Assembly (NCBI GenBank): GCA_043228905.1
Contig: JBHGNT010000006.1
Coordinates: forward strand, 12,090,001 to 12,154,000
DNA: 64,000 bases
Source: Azolla caroliniana
Lineage: Eukaryota; Plantae; Polypodiophyta
Direction: 5' to 3'
Shown: positions 27,750 to 40,513 of the stretch, piece after piece
How positions within the stretch are numbered: the stretch's first letter is position 1
How the letters are laid out: every line of letters begins with the position of its first letter
Position numbers and translations under genes: made by a program
Notes under the pieces: generated by a model
What the model saw: only the letters and a program-made list of their open reading frames with translations
Told to the model about the DNA's origin: nothing
Databases searched by the model: none

Positions 27750-29451
27750 TGATGTTTTCGACACATAGTGCAAAAACACCCTCAAAAGAGAATAAAATAG
27801 TGGTCCAAATAAACTAATTTTCTTAAGTCAACTATAGTAATAAATGAAAGGATAAAAAGTTAGAAGAAGTTTTCGAAAGTAGACAAAAATAGTGAAAAAG
27901 ATGGGAAAAGAGAAGCTAGTCGTGGATATGAGGAGCAAGGTCGAGTAAAAAGCTCATAATTTCCTCATCAAATGTCCAAATTAGAAAAGAATACCTAAAG
28001 AGCTAACCTAAAGAGCTTTCCTAGAATACCTTGGATGTGAAATTTGAGGCTAGAACAGAAATAGTGAGGAAAAGAAAAGTCGACTCATATAGACAAGCTT
28101 AATTTTAGGGGAAAAAGGCAAGCAATCCTAAACCTCTAAATAAGAGCCTATTCTAGTGAAGAAAGGATGGAAGGGAGAAGGAACACGGAAGCTCTACTCA
28201 ATTGGAAAGCGGAAGAAGAAGGATCAACAACATCGAGAGGCATTATCAACAAAGAAACTCCTTCTATACTCCACTCTCTTCTTTCCTCCACCTCTCTTCC
28301 CCCATTCCTTTATAAACAATCCTTCATATTCGCATCCAACCCATTATAACATGATTCTTATATTATAAAAGAATCTATCATATTGATATAAACTAATGTT
28401 TTCTTTCATCTACTTGTCTTATGTGTAAATCTTGATTGTGCTTATTTGTTATCATCATTTGTGCTTATTTGTTTGTGTGTCTTGTGACAAGGGAGCGTTT
28501 CGGGCTTGCCCATGCACCTCTCCTTTTACAAAGGCATTCAAACCTACGTGTCTTATACATTATCTTCGTTTGTGCTTATTTTTGTGTGTGTCATGTGACA
28601 AGGGAGCATTTCAGGCTTGTGCATGCACCTCTCCTTTCACAAAGGCATTCAAAATTACGTGTCTTCCGTGTTAGTGTAAATCTTGCTTGTGTGTTCGTGC
28701 GACTTGTGGCAAGGCAGCGTTCGGGCTTGCCCATGCACCTCTCCTTTCACAAAGGCATTTGAAATTGTGTCTCCCGTGTGTAAACCTTGCTTGTGTGTTC
28801 ATGTGACTGGTGGCAAGGGAGCGTTCGGGCTTGCCCATGCACCTGTCCTTTCACAAAGGCATTCGAAATTCTGTCTCCCGTGTGTAAACCTTGCTTGTGT
28901 GTTTGTGTGTCTTGTAACAAGGGACCCTTCGGATTTGCCCATTCGCCTCTCTTTCCACAAAGGCATTCGAAATTCTGTCTCCCGTGTGTAAACCTTGCTT
29001 GTGTGTTTGTGTGTCTTGTAACAAGGGACCCTTCGGATTTGCCCATTCGCCTCTCTTTCCACAAAGGCATTCGAAATTCTGTCTCTCGTGTGTGTAAGTA
29101 AGCCTTTTCCTTGTGTGTTCGCATGTCTTGTAACAAGGGAGCGTTCGGGCTTGCCCATGCACCTCTCTTTTCACAAAGGCATTCGAAACACTGTCTCTCG
29201 TGTGTGTAAGTAAGCCTTTCCCTTGTGTGTCCGTGTGTAAGCCTTCCTCACATGCATTCGTTCGCCTTGTGACTAGGGGTTGATTCGGGCTTGCGCATGC
29301 ACCTCTCATTTTCACAAACACGTTCTAATACTCGTGCCTTGTTTGTGTAAGCCTTCCTTGTGTTTTGCATGTGAGCCCTATTTCCTTCCCGTCCATAACC
29401 CCAGCGGTTCCGCCTCACGATACACACATACGCTCATAATCTCCTTCGCGG
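27750..29451 (+). mobile_element. Unclassified LTR-like fragment with a tandem array
   Basis: A-rich start, AAGCTCATAA motif and TATA-like segment like the LTRs at 5105 and 10135. No coding region; right end lost. Confidence 0.45.
28450..29370 (+). repeat. Tandem repeat, ~104-113-bp unit, ~8 copies
   Basis: Recurrent CAAGGGAGCGTTCGGGCTTGCCCATGCACCTCTCCTTTCACAAAGGCATTC core. Confidence 0.9.
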
Positions 29452-31968
29452 TGTCATGAAGATTTCTGGCTATAGTGTGAAACCGGGGTGGAATAGGGCA
29501 AGTCAGTGGTGTGCAACATGTGCACATGTATAGTAGGAAAACGGTGTATAGAATAAGGGGGGAGTATTGATCCCACATTGTAACGTTCCTCCCTCCTTGG
29601 GCTATAAAAGGAAGGGAGGGATCTCTTGTATGGGGTTGCCCATTTTGAGTCGAAAGGGTATACCATTTTGTAGAGGGTCATTTTATTTCTAGGGTTAGTT
29701 CTTCTTGTTCTTCTTCTCTTTCTTGGGAAGTTGGACGCAGCAGCCATGGCGGCAAAGCTCTGTTAGGGTGAGCTTCTTTTCTTCTGAACGTAGCCCGGCT
29801 CGAAGCCGGGGTTGTACCTTTTCCCTTTTGTAATATATACACTTACATCTGTTTGTGCATATTGGTGTTTCTAGTGGTGTCGGGTGTATAGTCCTTTTCG
29901 TTTCCTGTGCATGAGAGTCAGCGTCGCGCGCATAAACACACTCTCTCTCTCGTGTTCTGTTGCCTCCGGGTCGTGTCTGGAGTCGGTTTTCTTGCCATCA
30001 TCCCTTTTCTCCCTCGTCGGAGACCCTCGTGGTCCCGCCCCTTCTACACGCACGCGCATAATAACGCAACATATTTGGTGAACCCGACGTGAAAGGGTGG
30101 CAAGGGAGAATGGAGTTAGAAGAAGACGACTTCGCACAATCTTTTGTCGAAGCGGTGAGAGAGTTTGGACGAGCGACAACGAGAAGAGAGACGGTGCAGC
30201 AAGGTGTTGAGCGAGTGGTCGAAAGAGTCGGCCGTTTCAACGGGGACAGAGTCCCATTCTACTTGAAAGCCTACAACGCGGAAATGGAAGAACGAGACGT
30301 AGACGAGGCGTTGAGGCTGGAGTTCTTCTGCCAGGTCATCGCTGTCCGCATGCACGTGGAAGTGAAGGAGCTCTGAGAAGCTCATAGTTCGTGGGAGGCC
30401 TTCGAAGAGGCGCTCCTGCAGGCACATGGAGGACGGCAAAAGAGCTGGGGATGACGCGGCTTCGACTAGTGGGTGGCATTGGCGAAGACCCACCGGGGCG
30501 CAACGAAGGCGTTTCGAGAGTTCGAGCGACGGCTTGCTCGGCTCCTGGAGCGGGAGCAAGATTTGGTGGGGGTGGACAAAGTCCTATTGTTCATTAGGTC
30601 GATCGACCGAACGGAATGGAAGGCCATCGGGATTGAGCTCGATGATGATGACGGAGCGAATGACCTTACAGAGGACTAGTCGAAGGTTGGAAGGCTGTGC
30701 CAACGGCTAGATGACGAACAGGCCGAGAAGGCTAAGAGGAAGGCGCGCGGGAAGAGGTCAAATGGCAAAGAAAGTCGGCAAGGCTCAGCTTTGGGGCCGG
30801 GATTGTGAAGGCGTACGCAGCTCTCGAGGCGATGCTCGAGGAAGAGGAAAGATCAAGGCCGCAAACCGAAGCCGAGGAGACGGACCTGGCCCACGAGAAG
30901 GCAGAAGATCGGTACGATGGTACCACGGGAGAGGGTGCGAAACAAAACGCCCTCTCGGCTTGAGGAGATAGAACGGCCAAGGACAAGGCCGAGATACTGA
31001 TCGTAGATTCGGAACATCGGGACCGGCGGTTTTGGGCACGTCAGCCCGGAACTCCGGACATTGGAGAAGCAAGCCTAGGCAGGGCTTGGGCGATCGGTAA
31101 AGAGACGACCACCGACCATGAGGAGCCGGTGGCTACGAACAAGGGCGTAAATAGGACGGGAGATTCTACGTTGTCGTGCCTTTCGGCTCCGGATCGTTTG
31201 CGTGAGTCGGGTGGGAACCGCCGGGGTTTTGGACTAGGAGGAGGAAGAATTTGAGGCTAATCTAGTTATGAATATGAATAGATTATAAGAAAGAGATATA
31301 GAAACTTGTGAATCCCACAAGTATAATTGTTTTAGTTTATCTAAATCGTAGTAATAAATTGAAATAATTTAGAATAGATTAGAGTAGATTGAGAAAAGAG
31401 ATCAAACCTTGTGAATCCCACAAGTATTACATTAATCAATATTTATGTAAGAATATGAATTTAGATTGAAAGAGATAGATTATCTTAAACTTCGTGAATC
31501 CCACGAGTATATTTTATTGATTGTTGGTGTTTTAGGAAATATATCCAATTTCCCAAATATTTCACACACCTATTACATTGTGCTCCCCATCCTTATGTAG
31601 TGATGGGAGAGACTAAGCATAGCTACATGCTTTTTTTTTCTAATATGTTCATGCACACTAAATGTGCATGTGATGCTTTTCTAATCCTTGCTTTTATTTG
31701 CTAAATATAGTGCTCATGCACGCTAGATGTGCATGAGTCACTTTTTAGTCGCTTGCGTTTTTCTATAAAATATTCACGCACTCTAAAAATACATGATTTA
31801 CCTTTTAATAAAGGTAGGCGCAAATAAAGCACTTATAGTTATTAAATCTATTTATAGAACACTAAAGATAAGGTAGCATAATGGTAAAGTTGAGGTTTGG
31901 CTACGTGGAGGTACAGGGTTCAAATCCTACCCTATGCATGTGATAAATATCTTGATATATTATTTTAT

Positions 31969-32817
31969 TTATTTATATGTAATTAAATCGGTTATATTAT
32001 TTTTTACTTTTTCACGTAGTGTACGAAATACACTACGACACTCGCCCCCTCCGAACCCGCACATCCTCCGGTATGTGCCGAAGTTGCCGATGCTCGTTGT
32101 CTCCCCTTCATCCTCCGTTTGTCCCGCTATGTCAACTTTGTCTCTCCATTTTGAGTAGACCCATTCTTTCCACCCGAACCATTGTCGCCATCCGATCCAC
32201 CATATTCTTTGTTCATTCTTTGCATTGCCATGAGTGGTTGTCATGGTCCCTTGTGGTACTCTTGAGCATCTCGGTGTGTTGTCTCTCTCTACTCCGCGCT
32301 TGTCTTCCGTAGGTTCTACCCACGCGTTGATGTCGACCTCCGAATACGCGCTCGCTGTTAGGTCCTTGTGCGGCTTTAATGCATGCTTTATTTCTCGATG
32401 TTGCGCATGCGTCGTATTAGGCCGTAGCGCATGCTTCGTATTCCATCGTAGTGCATGCGCCGTATTACCCCGTAGTGCATGCTTATTTTTGCACCGTAGC
32501 GTGTGCTTCTTTTTGCGCCGTAGCGTGTGCTTCTCTTTACGCCGTAGCACGTGCTTCTTTTGGTGCCGTAGTGCGTGCTCCGTATTACATGCTTCTCCCA
32601 TCGTAGACCCGACCTTCGCGTTGTCATGCTTTTGTTTACATCGGAATTTCAGACGGATCATCTTCCATCCGAACCGGCTTCCGACTTTACCTTCCTTGTT
32701 GCCACCTCCCGTCTCTCCGGTCTCACGTTGGTTCTCGGACACAACCGCCGAAGTCTCTAGAATTAGTGGGTAGGAATCCTCGGTATTATCATCTTCCGTT
32801 GTTTCGCCCATAGCCAT
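31969..32817 (-). CDS. G4 second ORF, low complexity with 8-aa KHxLRR repeats; function unknown
   Basis: 282-aa ORF over a 24-bp tandem repeat (~32400-32590); reads through the PPT into the LTR. Confidence 0.35.
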   Translation of the reverse strand: MAMGETTEDDNTEDSYPLILETSAVVSENQRETGETGGGNKEGKVGSRFGWKMIRLKFRCKQKHDNAKVGSTMGEACNTEHALRHQKKHVLRRKEKHTLRRKKKHTLRCKNKHALRGNTAHALRWNTKHALRPNTTHAQHREIKHALKPHKDLTASAYSEVDINAWVEPTEDKRGVERDNTPRCSRVPQGTMTTTHGNAKNEQRIWWIGWRQWFGWKEWVYSKWRDKVDIAGQTEDEGETTSIGNFGTYRRMCGFGGGECRSVFRTLREKVKNNITDLITYK

Positions 32818-32955
32818 GTTCTCCTTGGCTATCTCTCCTTCGTATGCATCGGCTTCGACCTTCGTTTCGTTGCCGCCACTTTCCTTATCTTCGGTGTTAT
32901 GTCGACACCCGGGCTCCAGTACCGAAGTCTCCGAAACAATGGTGAAGGAATCCCT

Positions 32956-33621
32956 TCATTCGTGCTCATTTACTTTGTCTTCCTCGTTGCCCTTCCGGTC
33001 CTCCACTTTTCCACCGACACATTCCGTCTCTCCGGTCTCACGTTGGTGCACGGGCACAGCCGCCGAAGTCTCTGGAACCGGTGTGGGGATACCCTTTCGT
33101 CCTCGATCTTCCTCCTCCTCGTCCTTTGTTGGCCTCGACTTTGGTTCGGTTTTAAGCTCCCCTTCAATGTCGACTTGCGACTTTTCATGCATCTCCGAAC
33201 CCTTCCGCATCAAGCTCTCCTTCGGTGGTAGTCGGTGGCCGCTTTTCACCCACTGTTGACCGCCGTTCGTGGACCATGTCCTCGTCCGCTTCGGTCTTAG
33301 ATAGTCATATGTGTCTCGTATAGCTTCTTCAAAGGACTCCCACATCGGGCTTTGTTGTCGTATCTCGTGGATTCTCTCTTGAAGCTCATCCGTAGCCACC
33401 CGGTTGAAAGATAACACTTGCAATCTTTCTGAGATACCATATCGCAACATCTCCATTTTGTAGTCACGTAGATAGCGTGACACATCCTTTCCATCGAATT
33501 GCCCGTTCTGTTGCACGAGCCGTTGTACTACTATCGTGATCTCCGACATCTCGCGTTGTTCTTGTAGCATTCTCTCGAACATCATCATCATCATGTTCAT
33601 CGCCTCTTGTTGATTCTCCAT
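32956..33621 (-). CDS. gag: G4 truncated Gag (N-terminal domain plus charged tail)
   Basis: QFDGKDVSRYLRDYKMEM...WESFEEA, homologous to the G5/G6 gag N-terminus. Confidence 0.75.
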   Translation of the reverse strand: MENQQEAMNMMMMMFERMLQEQREMSEITIVVQRLVQQNGQFDGKDVSRYLRDYKMEMLRYGISERLQVLSFNRVATDELQERIHEIRQQSPMWESFEEAIRDTYDYLRPKRTRTWSTNGGQQWVKSGHRLPPKESLMRKGSEMHEKSQVDIEGELKTEPKSRPTKDEEEEDRGRKGIPTPVPETSAAVPVHQRETGETECVGGKVEDRKGNEEDKVNEHE

Positions 33622-36600
33622 CTCCTTGCCACCCGCCTTCACGTCGGGTTCACCAACTGTGTCGTGCCTTTCGGCTCCGGATCGTTTGCGTGAGTCGGGT
33701 GGGAACCGCCGGGGTTTTGGACTAGGAGGAGGAAGAATTTGAGGCTAATCTAGTTATGAATATGAATAGATTATAAGAAAGAGATATAGAAACTTGTGAA
33801 TCCCACAAGTATAATTGTTTTAGTTTATCTAAATCGTAGTAATAAATTGAAATAATTTAGAATAGATTAGAGTAGATTGAGAAAAGAGATCAAACCTTGT
33901 GAATCCCACAAGTATTACATTAATCAATATTTATGTAAGAATATGAATTTAGATTGAAAGAGATAGATTATCTTAAACTTCGTGAATCCCACGAGTATAT
34001 TTTATTGATTGTTGGTGTTTTAGGAAATATATCCAATTTCCCAAATATTTCACACACCTATTACATTGTGCTCCCCATCCTTATGTAGTGATGGGAGAGA
34101 CTAAGCATAGCTACATGCTTTTTTTTTCTAATATGTTCATGCACACTAAATGTGCATGTGATGCTTTTCTAATCCTTGCTTTTATTTGCTAAATATAGTG
34201 CTCATGCACGCTAGATGTGCATGAGTCACTTTTTAGTCGCTTGCGTTTTTCTATAAAATATTCACGCACTCTAAAAATACATGATTTACCTTTTAATAAA
34301 GGTAGGCGCAAATAAAGCACTTATAGTTATTAAATCTATTTATAGAACACTAAAGATAAGGTAGCATAATGGTAAAGTTGAGGTTTGGCTATGTGGAGGT
34401 ACAGGGTTCAAATCCTACCCTATGCATGTGATAAATATCTTGATATATTATTTTATTTATTTATATGTAATTAAATCGGTTATATTATTTTTTACTTTTT
34501 CACGTAGTGTACGAAATACACTACGACAACGTGTCTTCCCACACTTGCTCCCGAGATGATGGCAGTCGGGCCCAAGTGCCCACATGAGTCCCAAGAGGAG
34601 GAAGGAAGTGGCGTGAGACCGAGAATCACCGGCGAGACGATATGGGGAAGGAACGGACAAGAGCCCTCGGGACTGGTTCTGGAGAACTCGGCATTCAGGC
34701 CCTTACGGCCATGTGAGACCGAGGAGATGGATGACGGTATTGAGGAGTCCTGGCACGATGCCAACGAAGAAGAATCGGAAATGGCCCACGAAAAGGTCGA
34801 CAAAGAGATCAAGAAATGACCCGATCGGGGACCGAACCGAGCGGCACTCCGATTCGGTTGGAGCGTGATCCGATCGTGGATTGTTCGATCGGGGCTAGAA
34901 TCGACATGAGGGTGCCGATACGGAAGAGGGTGCGGAACGAGCCGCCCTCTTTTACATGGGGAGAAAGACCAGTCGGGCAAAGGTCGGGAATCGAAAGGAA
35001 GGTGATCAGGGGATCAAAACAAGTCCGGCAAGATCGGCATCGGAGCTGAAACTCCGGACATTGGAGAATCAAGCCCAGGTAGGCTTGATTGATCACAGAG
35101 CGGATGCTTTCCACTGACACCACTAAAAGGGTCAGTGGCTTGAATGAGTCGTCCAGGGTCGTTACGAAATCGGTGTCCCACATCTTGTCCCACATCGACG
35201 ACGAATCCGGTAAAAGTACAAGGGACGAAGCGGAGAGCGAGGACCGGTCCTATGGGTCACCTCACACCGAGCTAGAGACTTCGGCGGTCGGCAATAGATC
35301 TGACATAAGACCAAGATACTAACAGTGGCAGCAGGAGAATGGGGTCCAGCAATGCTGAGTGACGGTCAAACCCGAACGAGAACCGGGCAGAGCAGACTTC
35401 CAGATAACCGATCCGGAAGGGAGGAAGAAGCAAGCCTATCGAGAGGCCGGGAACACGGTACATCGGTACCACGAGGGAGGGTGTGGAGCAAGCCACCCTC
35501 TCAATATGCGGAGAAGGACGACCCGGGAAAGGGTCGGGAAGACAAATCGCGGCCCAAGAAGGATTCTTCACACTGGATCTAGAGACTTCGGCGGTTAGCA
35601 TCGGATCCGATATAAGACCAAGAGACTGATGGTGGCGGCGAGGGGACGAGGGAAAAGGGGAAGAGAGGATGGGCATTCCTATGGGATCCTCACACCAATC
35701 TAGAGACACCGGCAGTTTGAGCCGACATGGCAATGTGAGACCGACTGAGAAGGATGGTGGCAGCAGGAAACGAGAACCGGTGATGCGGGAAGAGGGATGG
35801 GCAATCCTACGGCGATCCTTACACCGATCCGGAGACACCGGCAGTTCAAGCCAACATGGCAATGTGAGACCGAGTGAGAAAGACAGTGGCGGCACGTGAA
35901 CGGGATCAAGCAAAAGGAGTGCCAAGGAGGTATGAGGTCGGCGAGGCGGCAACAAACCAAATCTGGACCTTCTGGCAAGGTCAATGGGAGGAGGAAAGCG
36001 TTCCTATCAGATCCTCACATTGATCTAGAGACACCGGCAATTCAAGCTGACATGGCAACATGAGACCGAGTGAGAAGGATGGTGGCAGCAGGAAACGGGA
36101 ACCGGCGATCCAGGAAGAGCAGACCGGGAGCCGGCAAGGCCGGAGTTGATGCGGGCCGAACCCTTACCGACCGGTTACGGTTTCGGAAGGAAGCCGGTGA
36201 GGGGTAAGCATGGGGCGGAACAAGAGACGTGTGAGTGGCCATTGAGGGCCGAAGCAAGCACGAGTACGAGACGGTGTTCGGCACAGGCAGTGCCGAACAA
36301 GGAAGCTGGAGGAAGCCATGCGGCACAGTGACCATAGAAGGAACAAGGAGTGTGTATTGGGGTCACCTAAGGACCGAGGAACGAATGCGCATTCAAGGAA
36401 CGATAACGGCACAAGGGAAGAACCTATGGAGATGGAACACATGTGGTACACGAGGAGCGGCATCCGGCGAGCAATCGAAGTAACCGGGGATCTATCCAGA
36501 AGACATGCTCGACGAGCGAAGGAAGAGAGACCGGATCGGCAATGGTGTTCGGAAGGGCCGGTCAAAGAAGAAGGTGTGCGCGGCGGACGTGGTGGATCGG

Positions 36601-37360
36601 ATGGAGCCGATGGGTCGGGGCCGGCAAGGAACCGGAAGAACGGTTGTGTGCCGGGAAGGTGAAGGATCCGGTTAATCACCGTTGCCGAAATCTCTCACCC
36701 TTTCCTTTCTTGGCACATACCGGTGGATGTGTGGTTTGGTGGGGGTGGATGTCGTGAAGATTTCCGGCTATAGTGTGAAACTGGGGTGGAATAGGGCAAG
36801 TCGGTGGTGTGCAACATGTGCACATGTATAGTAGGAAAACGGTGTATAGAATAAGGGGGGAGTATTGATCCCACATTGTAACGTTCCTCCCTCCTTGGGC
36901 TATAAAAGGAAGGGAGGGGTCTCTTGTATGGGGTTGCCCATTTTGAGTCGAAAGGGTATACATTTTGTAGAGGGTCATTTTATTTCTAGGGTTAGTTCTT
37001 CTTGTTCTTCTTCTCCTTCTTGGGAAGTTGGGCGCAACAACCATGGCGGCAAAGCTCTATTAGGGTTAACTTCTTTTCTTCTGAACGTAGCCCGGCTCAA
37101 AGCCGGGGGGTTGTACCTTTTCCCTTTGTAATATATACACTTACATCTGTTTGTGCATATTGGTGTTTCTGGTGGTGTTGGGTGTATAGCCCTTTTCGTT
37201 TCTTGTGCATAAGAGTCGGCGTCGCGCGCATACACTCTCTCTCTCTCTCTCTCGTGTTCGGTTGCCTCCATTCAACTCCTGACGAAGTTGGAGCTTGCGA
37301 GTAGCCGTATTGGCTGCAAAGATCTTCTCGAGATTGCCCCACGCTTCTTTCGGCATTTTC

Positions 37361-38445
37361 GCCTCTCGAATATAGCCAAGCATGTGATCATGTACGCATG
37401 ATGCAAGGCAATAAAACACAAGGCTTGCGGCCTACTCACACGCTCGGTAGTCAACGTGTGTCGTGTTGGGTTGTGTTTCGTGAGCTCCTTCAATATAGCT
37501 CCAGTATCCTTGTCCGCCTCTCGAATATAGCCAAGCATGTGATCATGTACGCATGATGCAAGGCAATAAAACACAAGGCTTGCGGCCTACTCACACGCTC
37601 GGTAGTCAACGTGTGTCGTGTTGGGTTGTGTTTCGTGAGCTCCTTCAATATAGCTCCAGTATCCTTGTCCGTCTCTCGAATATAGCCAAGCATGTGATCA
37701 TGTACGCATGATGCAAGGCAATAAAACACAAGGCTTGCGGCCTACTCACACGCTCGGTAGTCAACGTGTGTCGTGTTGGGTTGTGTTTCGTGAGCTCCTT
37801 CAATATAGCTCCAGTATCCTTGTCCGCCTCTCGAATATAGCCAAGCATGTGATCATGTACGCATGATGCAAGGCAATAAAACACAAGGCTTGCGGCCTAC
37901 TCACACTCTCGGTAGTCAACGTGTGTCGTGTTGGGTTGTGTTTCGTGAGCTCCTTCAATATAGCTCCAGTATCCTTGTCCGCCTCTCGAATATAGCCAAG
38001 CATGTGATCATGTACGCATGATGCAAGGCAATAAAACACAAGGCTTGCGGCCTACTCACACGCTCGGTAGTCAACGTGTGTCGTGTTGGGTTGTGTTTCG
38101 TGAGCTCCTTCAATATAGCTCCAGTATCCTTGTCCGCCTCTCGAATATAGCCAAGCATGTGATCATGTACGCATGATGCAAAGCAATAAAACACAAGGCT
38201 TGCGGCCTACTCACACTCTCGGTAGTCAACGTGTGTCGTGTTGGGTTGTGTTTCGTGAGCTCCTTCAATATAGCTCCAGTATCCTTGTCCGCCTCTCGAA
38301 TATAGCCAAGCATGTGATCATGTACGCATGATGCAAGGCAATAAAACACAAGGCTTGCGGCCTACTCACACGCTCGGTAGTCAACGTGTGTCGTGTTGGG
38401 TTGTGTTTCGTGAGCTCCTTCAATATAGCTCCAGTATACTTGTCC
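37361..38445 (-). repeat. 155-bp tandem array (7 copies) of C3 gag sequence
   Basis: Units start at 37361, 37516, 37671, 37826, 37981, 38136 and 38291; only a few substitutions between them. Confidence 0.95.
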
Positions 38446-38719
38446 GACACTGTATTGATGCATCTTGTACTCCCAAGATACGAAGGTTGTCCTGTCGAGC
38501 TTCTACGTAGGAAGAGCGCTTCCCATTTGAGTATTCATGGTGATTTCTTCTCTATTTCTTCAGTCTGTGCGAACGTTGTGCAATGATTAGCTGGCTCTCA
38601 TGAACGCGCTTCTTCGGTCTGGGCTTCGATCAAGCGACCACATGCTCTGATACCATGTAAAGAAAGGAGAGTGATTGTATGCAACGGAAGGACTGTATGT
38701 GTGTGTGCGTATGCAACAA

Positions 38720-38769
<50 letters not shown>

Positions 38770-38944
38770 CTTAAACAAGAAGACTGTATATTATCATCCA
38801 ACAGTAACAAAGTTACAAAAAGTTGGTTTAAATACCAAGTAGACTAGGGCAAGGGACCTTTCTACTATTTATAAAACTAGCATGTTATGTCCATGAGCTA
38901 GTGTGAAACCTATTTCTATGGGAAGTTGTTTTCGATTCTCAACA

Positions 38945-40474
38945 CTTTGCAATTCCTAAGATCTCCCATAGTGTGAACTCAATTTGGCTATCCAGGATCC
39001 TTTCTTCCATCACACGCTTAAGGTTGGTGAATTGCTCTATCTTCGAACGTAGTCTGAACGTCGGTCCAATTCTTTCCTTCCCTCTTTCAGTTATCGTTTG
39101 GGGCGGTGATGATTCCTCCCTTCTTCGAACAACTTCTCTTGTGTCATGTTTCTTTGAAGAGTTTGATTGGTCATCTGGTCTTTTTGGTTTTTCTTCAACT
39201 AGGACATCGTAATTTTGACACATGGCCCCAACAAAGCTAGACTTCTCTTCCACAGGGTCCTCCCATCTCATCATTGCTTGGACTCTTTGTTCCGCTTTGA
39301 AGGCTTCGTTCATGCAAAGCTTCCCTTTTCTGACATGATTCGATCTGATCAGCCAAAATTCTACTGCTTGAGACTCTTGGGCCCTCGTCTCGTGTCCAAC
39401 TCGAATTCCAGCGGATGAGGAATAGTAAACACTATTCACTTTGTTTTCTTCCATTTTCTCCATCAACTTCTTCATACCTCCTCAACCAAAGTTGGTGTTG
39501 AGAGGACGTTGCATCACCGGAGTGAATCAGATTATTGGAGAGATAAAGGATATCTCGTCGGAGGGCATTTTGGAATTCTGAGCAATCTCTCTACTAGTGT
39601 TCCAAAGAGTCACACCAAATACACTTGTGGGGAAAATCCAGGCGACGACCCAGAAAAATTTGAGTTTCTTCCTTTCTAATTTGAGAAATTCTCATCTCTC
39701 GAAGCATATCTACAAGTTCATCCATTGTGGCTCCCTTTGTGGGCTGAGCCACTTCGTCATCCCTCCGTCTTTGGGCTTGTGGTTCTTGTCTTGCGTTATG
39801 AGTTTGTCGGTTGATATGAGCTGCAACACACGATCTTGTCTCGTTGTCTCATTGTTGATGCTTAGCAAAACGTCCACATGCCCTCTTCACTGCTACCCAA
39901 TCAGAAATGAGGCCTTCATCATTTTCTAGTAGTAGTCCAAGATCTCTTCGATCTTTCACATGTACTGATTTGACAAATAGGAGCACCTTGCTGGAATCGA
40001 GAATTGTTTTGTCAAGTGTAGGCAGACGATCAAATCTTTGCTCGAATTCGTGGAGCGTCGCACTCGCACTCAACTCTTTGCTAGTAGACTCCACCCAGTC
40101 CATTAAGTCCTTCGTCATTCGAGATGAGTCACCAAACCCATATTCTTCAAGTAAACTTCATTCGAAAGATGACCATTCTGGATTGGCCTCTTGTAGCTTT
40201 AGGACCCGGGAGTAAAGACTTGAAGTTACATTCCTTGAGAAGCTTGCCACTTGGCTTTCCATAGACATACCCTTTTCTACATTTCTATTTTGTAAGCTTC
40301 AAGCTATCGTGTCACATCTTTACCGTGAAAGCATAAGTTGGCATCCAAGATCCTATCGATGGCAATGTCAAGGCCTGCGACATTGTCTCTCTCCTGAAGC
40401 ATTTGGTCCATCATCCTCACCATGGCTTGTGCTAGACTATCATTAGAGTCTCTAGCACTTGAAGTTCCAGCCAT
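38945..40474 (-). pseudogene. gag: G1 gag (disrupted)
   Basis: KVLLFVKSV...DRRDLG, DWVAVKRAC and LRSKIEQ, homologous to G6 gag. Confidence 0.85.
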
Positions 40475-40513
40475 CCTCCCTTGCCGTTATTCACGTCGGG
40501 TTCGTCAAATCTA

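Larger units (their letters stand above)
31172..34528 (-). mobile_element. G4: young non-autonomous gypsy element
   Basis: 869-bp LTRs 31172-32040 and 33660-34528 (one mismatch seen); TSD ACGT; PBS 33639-33655; 1.6-kb interior. Confidence 0.93.
29452..37269 (+). mobile_element. G3: non-autonomous tRNA-Trp gypsy element (gag remnant, no pol)
   Basis: LTR 29452-30071; PBS 30076-30092; gag N-terminus RFNGDRVPFYL; hairpin and PPT; 3' LTR 36750-37269, truncated. Confidence 0.85.
23901..38944 (-). mobile_element. C3: Ty1/copia element with nested insertions
   Basis: LTRs 23901-24197 and 38656-38944; tRNA-iMet PBS at 38644-38655; TSD CTTTC/CTTTG (one mismatch); host G1 text LGIAK|KEFHD rejoins. 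Confidence 0.88.

Noticed and set aside
37272-38450. Series of near-identical 79-aa ORFs as a gene cluster
   Set aside because: Artefact of the 155-bp array of a gag fragment.
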